From Crocinitomicaceae bacterium (GTDB taxonomy: Bacteria; Patescibacteriota; Minisyncoccia; Phycocordibacterales; UBA1006), in the NCBI GenBank assembly GCA_047637555.1, contig JBLIKX010000001.1, forward strand, positions 8,294 through 72,293: a stretch of DNA of 64,000 bases, read 5' to 3'. A program made the translations under genes and the position numbers. The notes beneath the pieces are model-generated. The model saw nothing but the letters and a program-made list of their open reading frames with translations, had not been told where the DNA came from and searched no databases. Position 1 is the stretch's first letter. Every line of letters starts with the position of its first letter. This document shows positions 19,411-30,000 of this stretch, in pieces.

Positions 19411-19945
19411 ATTTAGAACAAAAATTAAAAAAAGTACGAGATAGCTTATTCCTATTTTTTAATAATTACTGTTTTTTCACCTATGCTATTTGTGTTTATT
19501 CAAGAAAGAATTAAGTTGACTGAGATTTTTTAGAATATGAATGAGGTCAAGAGCGCAGATAATTAATAAAGAAGAGTATTAATTAATACATTAAATGCTG
19601 AATATTTACTCCCAGTAGTCTTAATTATCTTAGTTGCTTAAGACATACAAATTTGTGCTTATTGCTGACGATTATCATATTAACATTAGGTATATGATTG
19701 AAATTGCAATTATATGAATTATTCTTGAGCTACTCCTTAACTATCCGTCTACCTTAGACTTGTGCAAATTATTCTTGTGATACTTGGTCTTTGGTTAGCT
19801 ATTATTTATCATATTTTTATCCATTTATGATAAATGAACCACTCTGTTTGGTTATTACCTAATGTGCTTGAAAATTAAGCTAATGTGGTAAATTAAATGT
19901 AGTTGCCGACCATGTTTAAACTTAAACAGGTCTGTGGTTATTATC

Positions 19946-19988
19946 GCCATCATAGCTCAGTTGGTAGAGCGCCACCATGGTAAGGATA
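19946..19988 (+). other. truncated tRNA-like 5' half (acceptor 5' strand + D-arm + anticodon-loop-like GGU); no T-arm or 3' acceptor
   Basis: GCCATCA-TA-GCTC-AGTTGGTA-GAGC-G-CCACC-ATGGTAA has canonical U8, A14, G18G19, A21 and U33, but the 3' anticodon stem does not pair and no TTCGAAT-type T-loop follows; the D-arm is identical to the genuine tRNA-Thr at 37094-37166. Confidence 0.4.
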
Positions 19989-20005
19989 CGAGGCTGAGTG
20001 AGTAC

Positions 20006-20037
20006 AAAAAAACCACAGCAATAAGCTGTGGTTTTTA
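20006..20037. terminator. bidirectional rho-independent terminator between the tRNA-like fragment and rnpB
   Basis: ccacagc-aataa-gctgtgg hairpin flanked by an A run and a T run. Confidence 0.75.
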
Positions 20038-20040
20038 TAT

Positions 20041-20364
20041 GTTTATGTCGATAAGCCGGATCCTGTCTAGGGTAATCATTTATCTTGATTATATGTCACC
20101 ATATAATTCCTTGCGGCACTCTGAATAAATTCAGTACGACTTTGCATGTGGGTAAGGGTTTAGCCGTTTCACTATCTATGTCACCATAGAAATTCATCTA
20201 CTAGAGATGCCATCATCTTTCGAATTAGGCGTCACTGCTCGCACCTCGCGTATTACTACGGACAGGGGTTACCTGCTACCATTTTTGAACTCCGAAGAGT
20301 AAAACATGTCCGGACTTTCCTCACTTTCTGGTAAACCAGATTCGCGCGATTACCTAACATAAAC
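20041..20364 (-). ncRNA. rnpB: RNase P RNA (bacterial type, compact)
   Basis: minus strand carries the P4 GAGGAAAGTCCGGAC motif, a P3 hairpin CTGGTTTACCAG, a GCAGGTAACCCCTGTC block, and the 3' P4/P1 block AGACAGGATCCGGCTTATCGACATAAAC pairing with 5' GTTTATGT. Confidence 0.8.
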
Positions 20365-20443
20365 ATTAGTAGTGTACGGTATGTTATTAAAAATACAAAT
20401 AAAAAAAGCAGATATACTGCTTTTCTTTTTCTAAAAGAAAAAA

Positions 20444-20569
20444 TTATTTTTCCTCTTCTTTTTTTGTAAGTTGAGTTAAATCAAATACCTCACAGTTATA
20501 GCTTTCTCCTGGTTCAGAACAATCGGTCTGGATTGACACTGACATTTCATCTATGGGTGTTTTCTTCAT
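20444..20569 (-). CDS. small hypothetical protein (41 aa, MKKTPIDEMSVSIQTDCSEPGESYNCEVFDLTQLTKKEEEK)
   Basis: ATG to TAA ORF followed on its own strand by the terminator hairpin aagcag-atatact-ctgctt plus T run at 20404-20428; no clear SD. Confidence 0.25.
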   Translation of the reverse strand: MKKTPIDEMSVSIQTDCSEPGESYNCEVFDLTQLTKKEEEK

Positions 20570-20643
20570 GATACTAAGTTTTTTCTAGTATAGCTAAAAT
20601 ACACTATTCTTGGCAAGTCCTTTTATGTGGATATACTGGATAT

Positions 20644-21336
20644 ATGAACTTCCACATAATAACTATTTTCCCAAACCTTTTTGACTCCTATCTAGGAGAT
20701 TCGATGATGAAAAAAGCCATTGATGCAAAAAAAATAAATATTCAATTCTATAACCCACGAGATTACACTCAGAATAAACATAACAAGGTAGACGACATTC
20801 CTTATGGTGGAGGTCCAGGCATGATCATGACGGTTGATCCTATTATGCGTGCATGGAATTCTGCTCGATATAAAAGGAGCGATAGTAAATTTATACGTCT
20901 CTTAAAAACAGGAAGAATTAATGGGGTAAAGAAATATAAAACCGTAATTTTGTCTCCAGGAGGAATAGAATTTACAACTAACTATGCAAAGGAAGCCGTT
21001 AACAATTACACCGATATCATTTTTATTTGTGGTCGTTATGAAGGAATTGATGCACGTGTTGCTCAGATTATTGGAGTTGAGGCAGAGGATGTTTCTATTG
21101 GTAATTATGTATTAACTGGGGGGGAATTACCTACGATGGTCATGATTGATTCAATTTCACGCCAAATAGACGGAGTTTTAGGAAATACTAATTCACGAGA
21201 GGAAGAGCGTATTTCGTCACACGAAATGTATACACGCCCAGCTGAGTATAAACATAATAAAAAAACCTATTCAGTACCAGATGTTCTTACGAAAGGGAAC
21301 CACAAGTTAATAAATGAATGGAGAAAAAACCACTAA
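20644..21336 (+). CDS. trmD: tRNA (guanine37-N1)-methyltransferase
   Basis: IITIFPNLFDSYL, DIPYGGGPGM, CGRYEGIDARV, LTGGELP SPOUT-fold motifs. Confidence 0.9.
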   Translation: MNFHIITIFPNLFDSYLGDSMMKKAIDAKKINIQFYNPRDYTQNKHNKVDDIPYGGGPGMIMTVDPIMRAWNSARYKRSDSKFIRLLKTGRINGVKKYKTVILSPGGIEFTTNYAKEAVNNYTDIIFICGRYEGIDARVAQIIGVEAEDVSIGNYVLTGGELPTMVMIDSISRQIDGVLGNTNSREEERISSHEMYTRPAEYKHNKKTYSVPDVLTKGNHKLINEWRKNH

Positions 21337-21398
21337 TGAGATATTGCTTTTTGATTTATTTTTAGTAAATGGTATAGTTAAAAAAAATCTTATAAGAT

Positions 21399-21938
21399 AT
21401 GAACTATAGAAAAAAAGAACAGATTCTAATTCCTAGAGATAGACATTCTTCTGATATGAGCACTATTTTTATTTCAGATCATGATTTATTCCCAACTCAG
21501 CTCAAGGTTATTGAAAAGATGCACGGACATGATAAGAGGCAGATAGAAAACATAACGAGCACTCACTTACCTAATCGCTATGTTTCATTTCAAGATTGGA
21601 TAGAAGTTGTCATGAATTATGTACATGACCCTAGTGTTTCTGGTATTTATATTGTAATACATCGAGAATGGAAGACTAGATTCATCAAAGAATATATAGA
21701 ACCTGGAAAGGTTAATGGGGCTTTGATTGGTTGGTTTACGGGGTTTGGTGAAAAAGAATATCTTAGTCATGTAAAACAAAAAATGACTTATATATGGCAT
21801 GGTTGCGTTCTTGATTTTGATATCGAGAAAAATTTTGGAAGGACCCCTGTTATTAAGAAACATCGCAAGAAAAAAGATTCTATTTCTGAACTTAAAATAA
21901 CAAGGCCGAATAAAACACAACAAAGAAGAAAAAAATAG
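21399..21938 (+). CDS. hypothetical protein with a basic C-terminal tail
   Basis: 179 aa; K/R-rich C-terminus; no motif. Confidence 0.4.
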   Translation: MNYRKKEQILIPRDRHSSDMSTIFISDHDLFPTQLKVIEKMHGHDKRQIENITSTHLPNRYVSFQDWIEVVMNYVHDPSVSGIYIVIHREWKTRFIKEYIEPGKVNGALIGWFTGFGEKEYLSHVKQKMTYIWHGCVLDFDIEKNFGRTPVIKKHRKKKDSISELKITRPNKTQQRRKK

Positions 21939-21940
21939 TA

Positions 21941-21975
21941 AAAACCCCCATATATTTTAAGTATATGGGTTTTTA
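21941..21975. terminator. rho-independent terminator
   Basis: ccccatata-ttttaag-tatatggg hairpin followed by a T run. Confidence 0.65.
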
Positions 21976-21978
21976 TAT

Positions 21979-22006
21979 TTGACATTTCAAAAATTGAATT
22001 TATAAT
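21979..22006 (+). promoter_or_regulatory. consensus sigma-70 promoter (TTGACA-16-TATAAT) upstream of the helicase gene
   Basis: TTGACA at 21979-21984, 16-nt spacer, TATAAT at 22001-22006, ATG at 22042. Confidence 0.55.
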
Positions 22007-22041
22007 TGATTTAAAATAAATAATAATTTAATAAAAAAAAT

Positions 22042-23208
22042 ATGAAAAAAAAATGTGATTTTGGATCAAAAGCTTTTAATATTGCTGCATATTTACTTAT
22101 TAATAAGATTAAAAATATTACTTTTGATGGTGCTGCTGGCACAGGAAAAACTACTTTTGCTCGCAGGTTAAAAGAATTTTGCGAGATAAAAGGGATAAAT
22201 GTTGCACTCACAGCTGTAACTGGAACTGCTGCAAATAATATTGGTGGTGTAACTATCTCTAGTTTTTGCCAGTTGAGAACTTACAATTTAGAAGACCATG
22301 AGATTATTGAGCGTAATCAATTAGTTACTGCATTGTTGCGGCTAGTAAAAATACTTGTTATTGATGAAGTTAGTATGCTAACTGATGAGCAATTAAGACA
22401 AATAAACATTGCATGTCAGGCGGCAAAAGGAAACAAAAAACCTTTTGGTGGTATTTCTGTATTGCTAATGGGCGATCTTTGCCAACTTGAGCCTATAGAG
22501 ATCAACGATGATGAAATTATTGCTATCGATTCTGTCTTGGAAACAAAAGAGTATTTAAAAAAACTAAATTTTACTCAAATTCGTTTAAAAAAAAATTATA
22601 GACAGACAGATGAAAGAAGTCTTTATTTTTTAAATTCTTTAAGAAATATGATTGTTAATAAATCCATTAATAAAACAAAGATTAATGAGTTGTTTAATTT
22701 TCTCAAAAAAAATACTTCTCATGGAATACATCTTTATTCAAACATTAAAGATGTACCCTTAGAAGAGTTTAACCCAAGTCATTATTATTATTCAAAAGGT
22801 AATGCTCCTTATACGGCACTTCCTATAATGTATGGTTATAATTATCTAATAACAAAAAATACTGATAATTATTTTAATGGTCAGCATATTGTTCTAAGCG
22901 AAGATAACGAAGAAGAATTTCTTTATCAAGACTTTTTATATAAAAAAGAGTCAGGTTTTGATAATAATGGTACAGCATGCTTGCACACTGTTTTTGATAG
23001 GGTTATTGCAGAATATTTAGCATTGATTCCTTTGAGTGATATGACAACACGTCGCGTTCAAGGATCTACCTTTGATTCAGGATGCATTGCATCTGAATTT
23101 TTTGCTGAAGATAATAAGGTACTTCAAGTATCTTTAATTGGTTGGCTGAAAACATTATATACAGCACTTGGTAGATTTAGAGATCTATCTAATGTTTCGT
23201 TGTGTTAA
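22042..23208 (+). CDS. compact SF1B helicase, Dda/PIF1/RecD-like (AAA_30 family)
   Basis: Walker A GAAGTGKTTF, Walker B LVIDEVSM, motif III LLMGDLCQLEPI, C-terminal RRVQGSTFD and YTALGRFRDLSNV (motifs V-VI); 388 aa, very AT-rich codon usage. Confidence 0.7.
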   Translation: MKKKCDFGSKAFNIAAYLLINKIKNITFDGAAGTGKTTFARRLKEFCEIKGINVALTAVTGTAANNIGGVTISSFCQLRTYNLEDHEIIERNQLVTALLRLVKILVIDEVSMLTDEQLRQINIACQAAKGNKKPFGGISVLLMGDLCQLEPIEINDDEIIAIDSVLETKEYLKKLNFTQIRLKKNYRQTDERSLYFLNSLRNMIVNKSINKTKINELFNFLKKNTSHGIHLYSNIKDVPLEEFNPSHYYYSKGNAPYTALPIMYGYNYLITKNTDNYFNGQHIVLSEDNEEEFLYQDFLYKKESGFDNNGTACLHTVFDRVIAEYLALIPLSDMTTRRVQGSTFDSGCIASEFFAEDNKVLQVSLIGWLKTLYTALGRFRDLSNVSLC

Positions 23209-23218
23209 CTAAATAATT

Positions 23219-23255
23219 CAGACCTAAAGCAAACATTTGCTTTAGGTCTTTTATT
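23219..23255. terminator. rho-independent terminator after the helicase gene
   Basis: gacctaaagcaaa-cat-tttgctttaggtc 13-bp stem followed by a T run. Confidence 0.75.
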
Positions 23256-23601
23256 TGGTATAATAAAATTAAAGTCAATATTAACCCAAGGGCTGTGTAA
23301 AAAAAATTGTTTTTTATTTAAAACAATCTGCACACATAATGTTTAATTTTAAAACAAAAAATCTTCATTTAAACTAGCAAAGAAACGTAAAAAGTCATAA
23401 TATTATTTTAATTGATAAATTATAAATAATTTATGCCAAAATCTGATTGAGTTCAGCTACAATAATTTTTAGAATACGGTTATGAAAAAAATGGTTTATA
23501 AGGAGGTGTGGGTTTTATGAAAAAGTCCACATCTAACTAGATAAAAAGCGTAATTTAAAATATATAATTAAGAGCAATACCCTTCTATTGCTCTTTAAAT
23601 T

Positions 23602-23629
23602 TTGACAATTGTAAAAAAATTCGTAATAT
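23602..23629 (+). promoter_or_regulatory. candidate sigma-70 promoter for the rpoB-rpoC-dnaG-rpoD block (TTGACA-16-TAATAT)
   Basis: TTGACA at 23602-23607 and TAATAT at 23624-23629; preceded by the hairpin gagcaata/tattgctc at 23573-23594. Confidence 0.5.
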
Positions 23630-23766
23630 GCTTAGTACCTAATATCTGATTGAGTTCCTGTTGCATTAGGGTTGCTGTACAACATTATTATATGTTTATC
23701 TCCTTACTAACCCTTAAAAAAGTATAAAACTAAAACACCAAAGTCTTCTTTGGTGCATTTACCGTT

Positions 23767-26700
23767 ATGAATACACGAGAAAAAAAATATTTTTCAAAAT
23801 ATAAAGATCCATTGATTGAAATGCCAAACCTGGTTGAAAATCAAATTGAATCGTTTGAAAAATTTATGAACGGAGGCCTTCAAGAGTCAATTATGGAGTT
23901 CTCTCCAGTTATGGATTACTCAGAAAAGAAATTTGAATTAAATTTCTTGGAATTTTCAGTTGAAAATCCAGAATTTGACGAATACTATGCTCGAGAGAAT
24001 AAAAAAACCTATGAAGCCCGATTAAAGGCCAAGGTCTCTCTTTATAATAAAACACTGGATTCCACGAAAGAAGAAGAAATTTTCTTAACTGAAATTCCAT
24101 TCATGACACCTCATGGTACCTTTATTATTAATGGTATTGAGCGAGTTATTGTGCCTCAGTTAGCACGATCATATGGAGTATTCTTTACCATGGATGACCA
24201 TATTAAGGGTCCATTCTTTGGAGCTAAACTTATTCCTGCACGAGGGGCGTGGATTGAATTTGAATCTAACAAGGATGGAGCCATTTATGTTCGAATCGAT
24301 AAAAAACGTAAGTTTGCTGCAACAGCACTATTGCGTGTTTTTGGATTGGAAACAACCGAAGAAATACTTGAAGCTTTCAAACATGATGAAGTAGCGTACA
24401 AACAAGTTGAAGCAACCCTAGCAAAAGATACCTCATTAGATAAACAAGAAGCTTACGCTGATGTATATCGACGGATTAGAGACGGAGAAGTAGCATCACC
24501 CGATGCACTTGTTGAATATTTTGAAGCTATTTTTGGAGATACCTTATATGATATGTCAGAAGTAGGCCGATATCATTTCAATAAACGATTTGACAAAGAA
24601 CTTCCAAAGAAAGGAGTTTACGAGCAAACACTTCAAGTTGAAGATCTAGTTATTATAATGACAAAGATCGCTCATATGAACATTGACCCAACATCAAAGG
24701 CTGATGATATTGATCATCTTGGTTCAAGGCGTGTACGATTCGTAGGAGAATTGTTGGAGCAAAAGGTAAGACAAGCTCTTTCTCAAATGAAACGAAATAT
24801 TAGAGATAGAATGTCGACTGTTGATAATGATACGACAGGATCAATGACCTTGATTAACCAACGTCCATTCCAAGCTCGAATGAAAGAGTTTTTTGCGACA
24901 TCTCAATTGTCACAATATATGGATCAGGAAAACGCACTATCAGAAATTTCTCACTTGCGGACACTCTCTGCTCTTGGACCTGGAGGTCTTACGCGAGAGC
25001 GTGCTGGATTTGAGGTACGGGATGTTCACCCGTCTCATTATGGACGTGTATGTCCAATCCACACTCCAGAGGGACAAAATATTGGATTGATTCTGCGTAT
25101 GAGTGTTTATGCTCGAATTAATAATTTCGGAATGATCGAAGCTCCGTATGCGAAAGTTATTAAAGGAAAGGTTACAGGGGAAATTGAATATCTTAACGCA
25201 ATGGATGAGGAGAAATATAATATTGCCCATGCATCAAACCCATATGAAAAAAATGGTAAATTCACTAATGAAATTGTAGAGGCTCGTATTAAAACACGAC
25301 CAGGTATTTGTACGCGAGAAGATGTTGATTATATTGACGTTGCGACAAACGCAGCATTTTCAGTTGCAACATCATTGATTCCATTTTTGGAGGCTGATGA
25401 TGCAAATCGATCTCTTATGGGGTCAAACATGATGAAGCAAGCCGTACCATTGGTAGTTCCACAAGCTCCACTTGTTGGAACAGGTATGGAAGGAAAAGCG
25501 GCACTGGATACTGGTCGCGTGGTTATTTCACGTTCAAACGGAACAGTCGTTGAGTCAGATGGTAAGCATATTGTCGTTAAGGATTCAAAAGGAAATCTTG
25601 AAACATATAATTTAATTAACTTTATTCGAACGAATTCAAACTCATTCTTCCATCAACGGTCAATAGTTTCATCAGGTCAAAAAGTTAAAAAAGATGAAGT
25701 ACTCGCTGATACTTCCACAACAGAAGGAGGACAATTAGCTATTGGTCAAAATGTCCTTGTGGCATTTATGTGTTGGAATGGGCAAAACTTTGAGGATGCA
25801 ATCATTCTTTCAGAAAAACTTGTTAAGAACTCAATTTTTACTTCAATTCGAATTGATGAATACGAATGTGTTGTTCGTGATACAAAACTAGGAGAAGAAC
25901 AAACTACAACCGACATTCCAAACGTAGGAGAAGGAAAGCTTGGAAATCTTGATGAAGATGGAATTATCCGTGTTGGAGCATACGTAGGAGAAAACGATAT
26001 CCTCGTTGGTAAGGTTACACCAAAGGGTGAAACTGAACTTACACCAGAAGAAAAACTTTTACGATCAATTTTTGGAGAAAAATCACGAGATGTAAAAGAC
26101 ACATCCCTTCGCCTAGGATACGGAAAAAAAGGACGAATTATTGGGGTAAAAATATTCTCACGAGATGCAGGGCATAAACTTGAATCAGGAGTATTAAAGA
26201 AGGTTTATATTGAAATTGCACAACTACGAAATATCAAGGTTGGAGATAAACTTGCTGGACGTCACGGAAACAAAGGGGTTATTTCTATTGTTCTTCCAGA
26301 GGAAGATATGCCATACATGGCTGACGGAACACCTATTGATGTTATTTTGACGCCACTTGGAATTCCTTCACGTATGAACTTGGGACAAATTCTTGAAATG
26401 CATCTAGGGCTGGCAGCGGATGCTCTAGGTTACCAAGCAATTGTTCCTTCGTTTGCCGGAGCAACTGCTGATGAAATTGCAGAGGAACTTGAAAAGGCTG
26501 GATTCTCTGGTACAGGTAAGGTAACGCTCTTTGATGGTCGAACAGGAGAAAAGTTTGATCAAGATATTGCGGTTGGGTATATGTATATCTTGAAACTGCA
26601 CCACATGATCGATGACAAAATGCACGCGCGTTCAATCGGACCATACTCACTAATCACCCAACAACCTCTTGGTGGTAAGGCTCAATCTGGTGGACAACGA

Positions 26701-27006
26701 TTTGGAGAAATGGAGGTTTGGGCTCTTGAAGGATACGGAGCAGCGCATACCTTGCGTGAAATGTTAACCATTAAATCAGATGATGTCGTTGGTCGATCAG
26801 CTGCCTTTGATTCTATTATTAAAGGTCAAAAGATTACTCAACAGAATACACCTGCTTCATTTGAAGTGTTGGTAAATTATCTGAGAGGATTATGTCTTGA
26901 TGTTAATCTTGATATTATTCGAGAAAACAACCTTATTAGTATTGATGAAGATGCTGTTGTGGAAGTAGAAGCAACAGAGGTAATCTCAGAATCAGATAAC
27001 GCATAA
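23767..27006 (+). CDS. rpoB: DNA-directed RNA polymerase subunit beta
   Basis: 1079 aa; conserved beta-subunit blocks (GPGGLTRERAGFEVRDVH, rifampicin region, NMQRQA-like core). Confidence 0.97.
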   Translation: MNTREKKYFSKYKDPLIEMPNLVENQIESFEKFMNGGLQESIMEFSPVMDYSEKKFELNFLEFSVENPEFDEYYARENKKTYEARLKAKVSLYNKTLDSTKEEEIFLTEIPFMTPHGTFIINGIERVIVPQLARSYGVFFTMDDHIKGPFFGAKLIPARGAWIEFESNKDGAIYVRIDKKRKFAATALLRVFGLETTEEILEAFKHDEVAYKQVEATLAKDTSLDKQEAYADVYRRIRDGEVASPDALVEYFEAIFGDTLYDMSEVGRYHFNKRFDKELPKKGVYEQTLQVEDLVIIMTKIAHMNIDPTSKADDIDHLGSRRVRFVGELLEQKVRQALSQMKRNIRDRMSTVDNDTTGSMTLINQRPFQARMKEFFATSQLSQYMDQENALSEISHLRTLSALGPGGLTRERAGFEVRDVHPSHYGRVCPIHTPEGQNIGLILRMSVYARINNFGMIEAPYAKVIKGKVTGEIEYLNAMDEEKYNIAHASNPYEKNGKFTNEIVEARIKTRPGICTREDVDYIDVATNAAFSVATSLIPFLEADDANRSLMGSNMMKQAVPLVVPQAPLVGTGMEGKAALDTGRVVISRSNGTVVESDGKHIVVKDSKGNLETYNLINFIRTNSNSFFHQRSIVSSGQKVKKDEVLADTSTTEGGQLAIGQNVLVAFMCWNGQNFEDAIILSEKLVKNSIFTSIRIDEYECVVRDTKLGEEQTTTDIPNVGEGKLGNLDEDGIIRVGAYVGENDILVGKVTPKGETELTPEEKLLRSIFGEKSRDVKDTSLRLGYGKKGRIIGVKIFSRDAGHKLESGVLKKVYIEIAQLRNIKVGDKLAGRHGNKGVISIVLPEEDMPYMADGTPIDVILTPLGIPSRMNLGQILEMHLGLAADALGYQAIVPSFAGATADEIAEELEKAGFSGTGKVTLFDGRTGEKFDQDIAVGYMYILKLHHMIDDKMHARSIGPYSLITQQPLGGKAQSGGQRFGEMEVWALEGYGAAHTLREMLTIKSDDVVGRSAAFDSIIKGQKITQQNTPASFEVLVNYLRGLCLDVNLDIIRENNLISIDEDAVVEVEATEVISESDNA

Positions 27007-27011
27007 TTATT

Positions 27012-30000
27012 ATGAATACAACAGATACTATGAAAAAGATTCAACAAGAAAAACAGGTTTCAATCCGCTTGGCTTCACCGGAAAAAATTCGGTCATGGTC
27101 TCATGGTGAGGTAGCCAAGCCAGAAACAATTAACTATAGAACAGGTCGTTCTGAAAGGAATGGACTCTTTGATGAGAGAATTTTTGGTCCAGAAAAAGAT
27201 TACGAATGTTACTGTGGAAAATACAAAGGTATTCGTTATCGTGATATTGTATGTGAAAAATGTGGAGTTGAGGTAACACGAGCTATTGTCCGTCGTTCGC
27301 GAATGGGACACATTGGTTTGGCTTCACCCGTTGCCCATATTTGGTTCTTACGAGGGATACCATCACGAATGGGATTGGTACTTAACATACCTGTTTCAAA
27401 ACTAGAAAAAGTTATTTATTTTGCAAGTTACATCATTACTGATGTACACCAGGATGTAAAAGAAAATGTATTGAAGGAGTTGCAGCGAGAATACAAGGCA
27501 AAGCAAAAAACTCTTGAATCAGATGAAGACAAAGAGAAGTTGAAAGGTCTTTTTGATAAAACAAAAAAACAGATTCAAGATATTGTTCTTTATAGTGTTA
27601 TTTCTGAAGATGAATATAACATCTATTCACTAAAATTTGGTTCAATTTTTGAAGCAGGTATTGGTGCAGAAGCAATTTTTTACATCTTCAAGACACTTGA
27701 TCTAGATGTGATTGAGGTAGAGCTTGGAGCTGCAGTAAACGCTACAAAGTCAGTTGCTGTTCGAACAAAAATCGAAAAGCGACTTTCACTTTTACGGTCA
27801 CTTAATCGAGAAAATATCCGTCCAGAATGGATGTTCCTTGAAGTGATCCCAGTTATTCCTCCGGCTTTGCGACCTATGGTTGCTCTTGAAGGAGGACGAT
27901 ATGCAACATCTGATGTTAATGATCTATATCGACGTGTAATCAACCGAAATAATCGTTTGAAGAAACTCATGAAAATTGGAGCACCAGATGTAATTTTAAG
28001 AAACGAAAAACGTATTCTTCAAGAAGCATGTGATTCGCTTATTGATAATACTATTCGTAAGCATTCAGGAACGGTTGCCAAATCTTCATCACAAAAACGA
28101 AATCTTAAATCTCTTTCAGACCAGCTAAAGGGTAAGCAAGGTTTGTTCCGACAAAATCTTCTTGGTAAACGTGTAGATTATTCTGGGCGTTCTGTTATTG
28201 TTGTTGGTCCAAAACTAGGAATCGACCAATGTGGTATTCCTAAAAACATGGCACTTGAACTTTTCCGACCATTTGTTATTTCAAAGATTATTGATCGTGA
28301 AATGGCGTTTAATGTACGTGGAGCAGGAAAATTACTTGAATCACCAACAGACGAAATTTGGGATATTCTTGAAAATATTATTGATGGTAAATATGTTCTT
28401 TTAAACCGTGCCCCAACATTACACCGACTTTCAATCCGAGCATTCAAGCCAATTCTTATTGAAGGAAAAGCTATTCAGCTGCACCCACTTTCGGTTAACG
28501 GATTTAATGCGGACTTTGATGGAGATCAAATGGCCGTACATGTACCGCTTTCAGAAGAAGCACAATACGAAGCTAAAGAGCTTATGGCTGCAAGCAAAAA
28601 TTTATTGCGACCAGCATCAGGTGAACCAACGGTTGCTCCATCACAGGATATGGTTTTAGGAGTGTACTGGATGACCAAAGCCATTGAAGGAGCTTTAGGA
28701 GAAGGAAAGATTTTTTCATCACCAAACGAAGCTATTACTTGTTATGATTTTGACAAGGTAGATTTCCGAGCAAAAATTTACGTACTTCCAACAGATTCAT
28801 CACGATATGATGAATTCGAAGGAAAGCCATTTGAAACAACCGTAGGGCGACTATTATTTAATAGTATTATGCCTAGTGACTTTGGTTATTTGAATCAAGA
28901 CATTAAGAAGAAAGATATTTCAAAAATTATTGCACGATTAATTGAAAAATATGGTATTGCTGCAACAGCTCCTGTTGTTGATAAAATTAAAGACTTTGGA
29001 TTCAAATATGTAACCTTCTCTGGTTCAACATTTGGTTATTCAGATGCAATTATTCCAAAGGAAAAGCACGCTATTATTGACACTGGGCGAAAGGCGGCTT
29101 TAGAGATTCAAGGTCAATATGATGAAGGTCTTATCTCTGAACCAGAACGATATCGAAAAACTATCGAATTATGGGAAGGGGTTAAGGTTGAAGTTGAAAA
29201 GGTTATTGGAGAAAATCTTCATAAATCTGAATCAATTTACGACATGGTTACTTCTGGAGCTCGTGGTTCAACATCAAACATGTTGCAAATGGGTGGTATG
29301 AAGGGTGTTATTGTTAACGCATCAGGACGTGCGATTGATTTCCCAATTTTAAGTTCATATAAAGAAGGGCTTACACCTATTGAGTACTTTATTACAACTC
29401 ATGGATCGCGTAAGGGTCTTACTGATACGGCTCTAAAAACAGCTTCTGCTGGATACCTAACACGTCGACTTCATGATGTTGCTCAAGATGTTGTAGTAAC
29501 AGAAGAAGACTGTAAAACAAAGAAGCATATTATTGCGACTGATATTAATTATGATGGAATTATTAAACCGCTCTTGGAAAATATTCTTGGACGTGTTACA
29601 TCTTCAAAAATTGTCGATGCAAAAGGAGAGACAGTTCTCAAGAAGAACCATCTTATTACTCGTAATGATGCAGAGACAGTTGTTGCCGCTGGTATTACTG
29701 AGGTTGCAGTACGAACACCAATCAAATGTGATTCACTTCATGGTGTCTGCCAAAAATGTTACGGGCTTGATCTTGGGCGAAATGCTTTGGTTAAGGTTGG
29801 AGAAGCAGTAGGAACTATTGCTTCTCAATCAATTGGTGAGCCAGGAACACAACTAACACTTCGAACTTTCCACGCGGGAGGGGTTACAGGGTTAGATATT
29901 ACGACGGGTCTACCTCGTATTGAAGAGTTGTTTGAGAAACGTTCAAACATTAAATCACCAGCACTTATCTCTAAAACAGGAGGTCTTGTTGTTGATGTAA

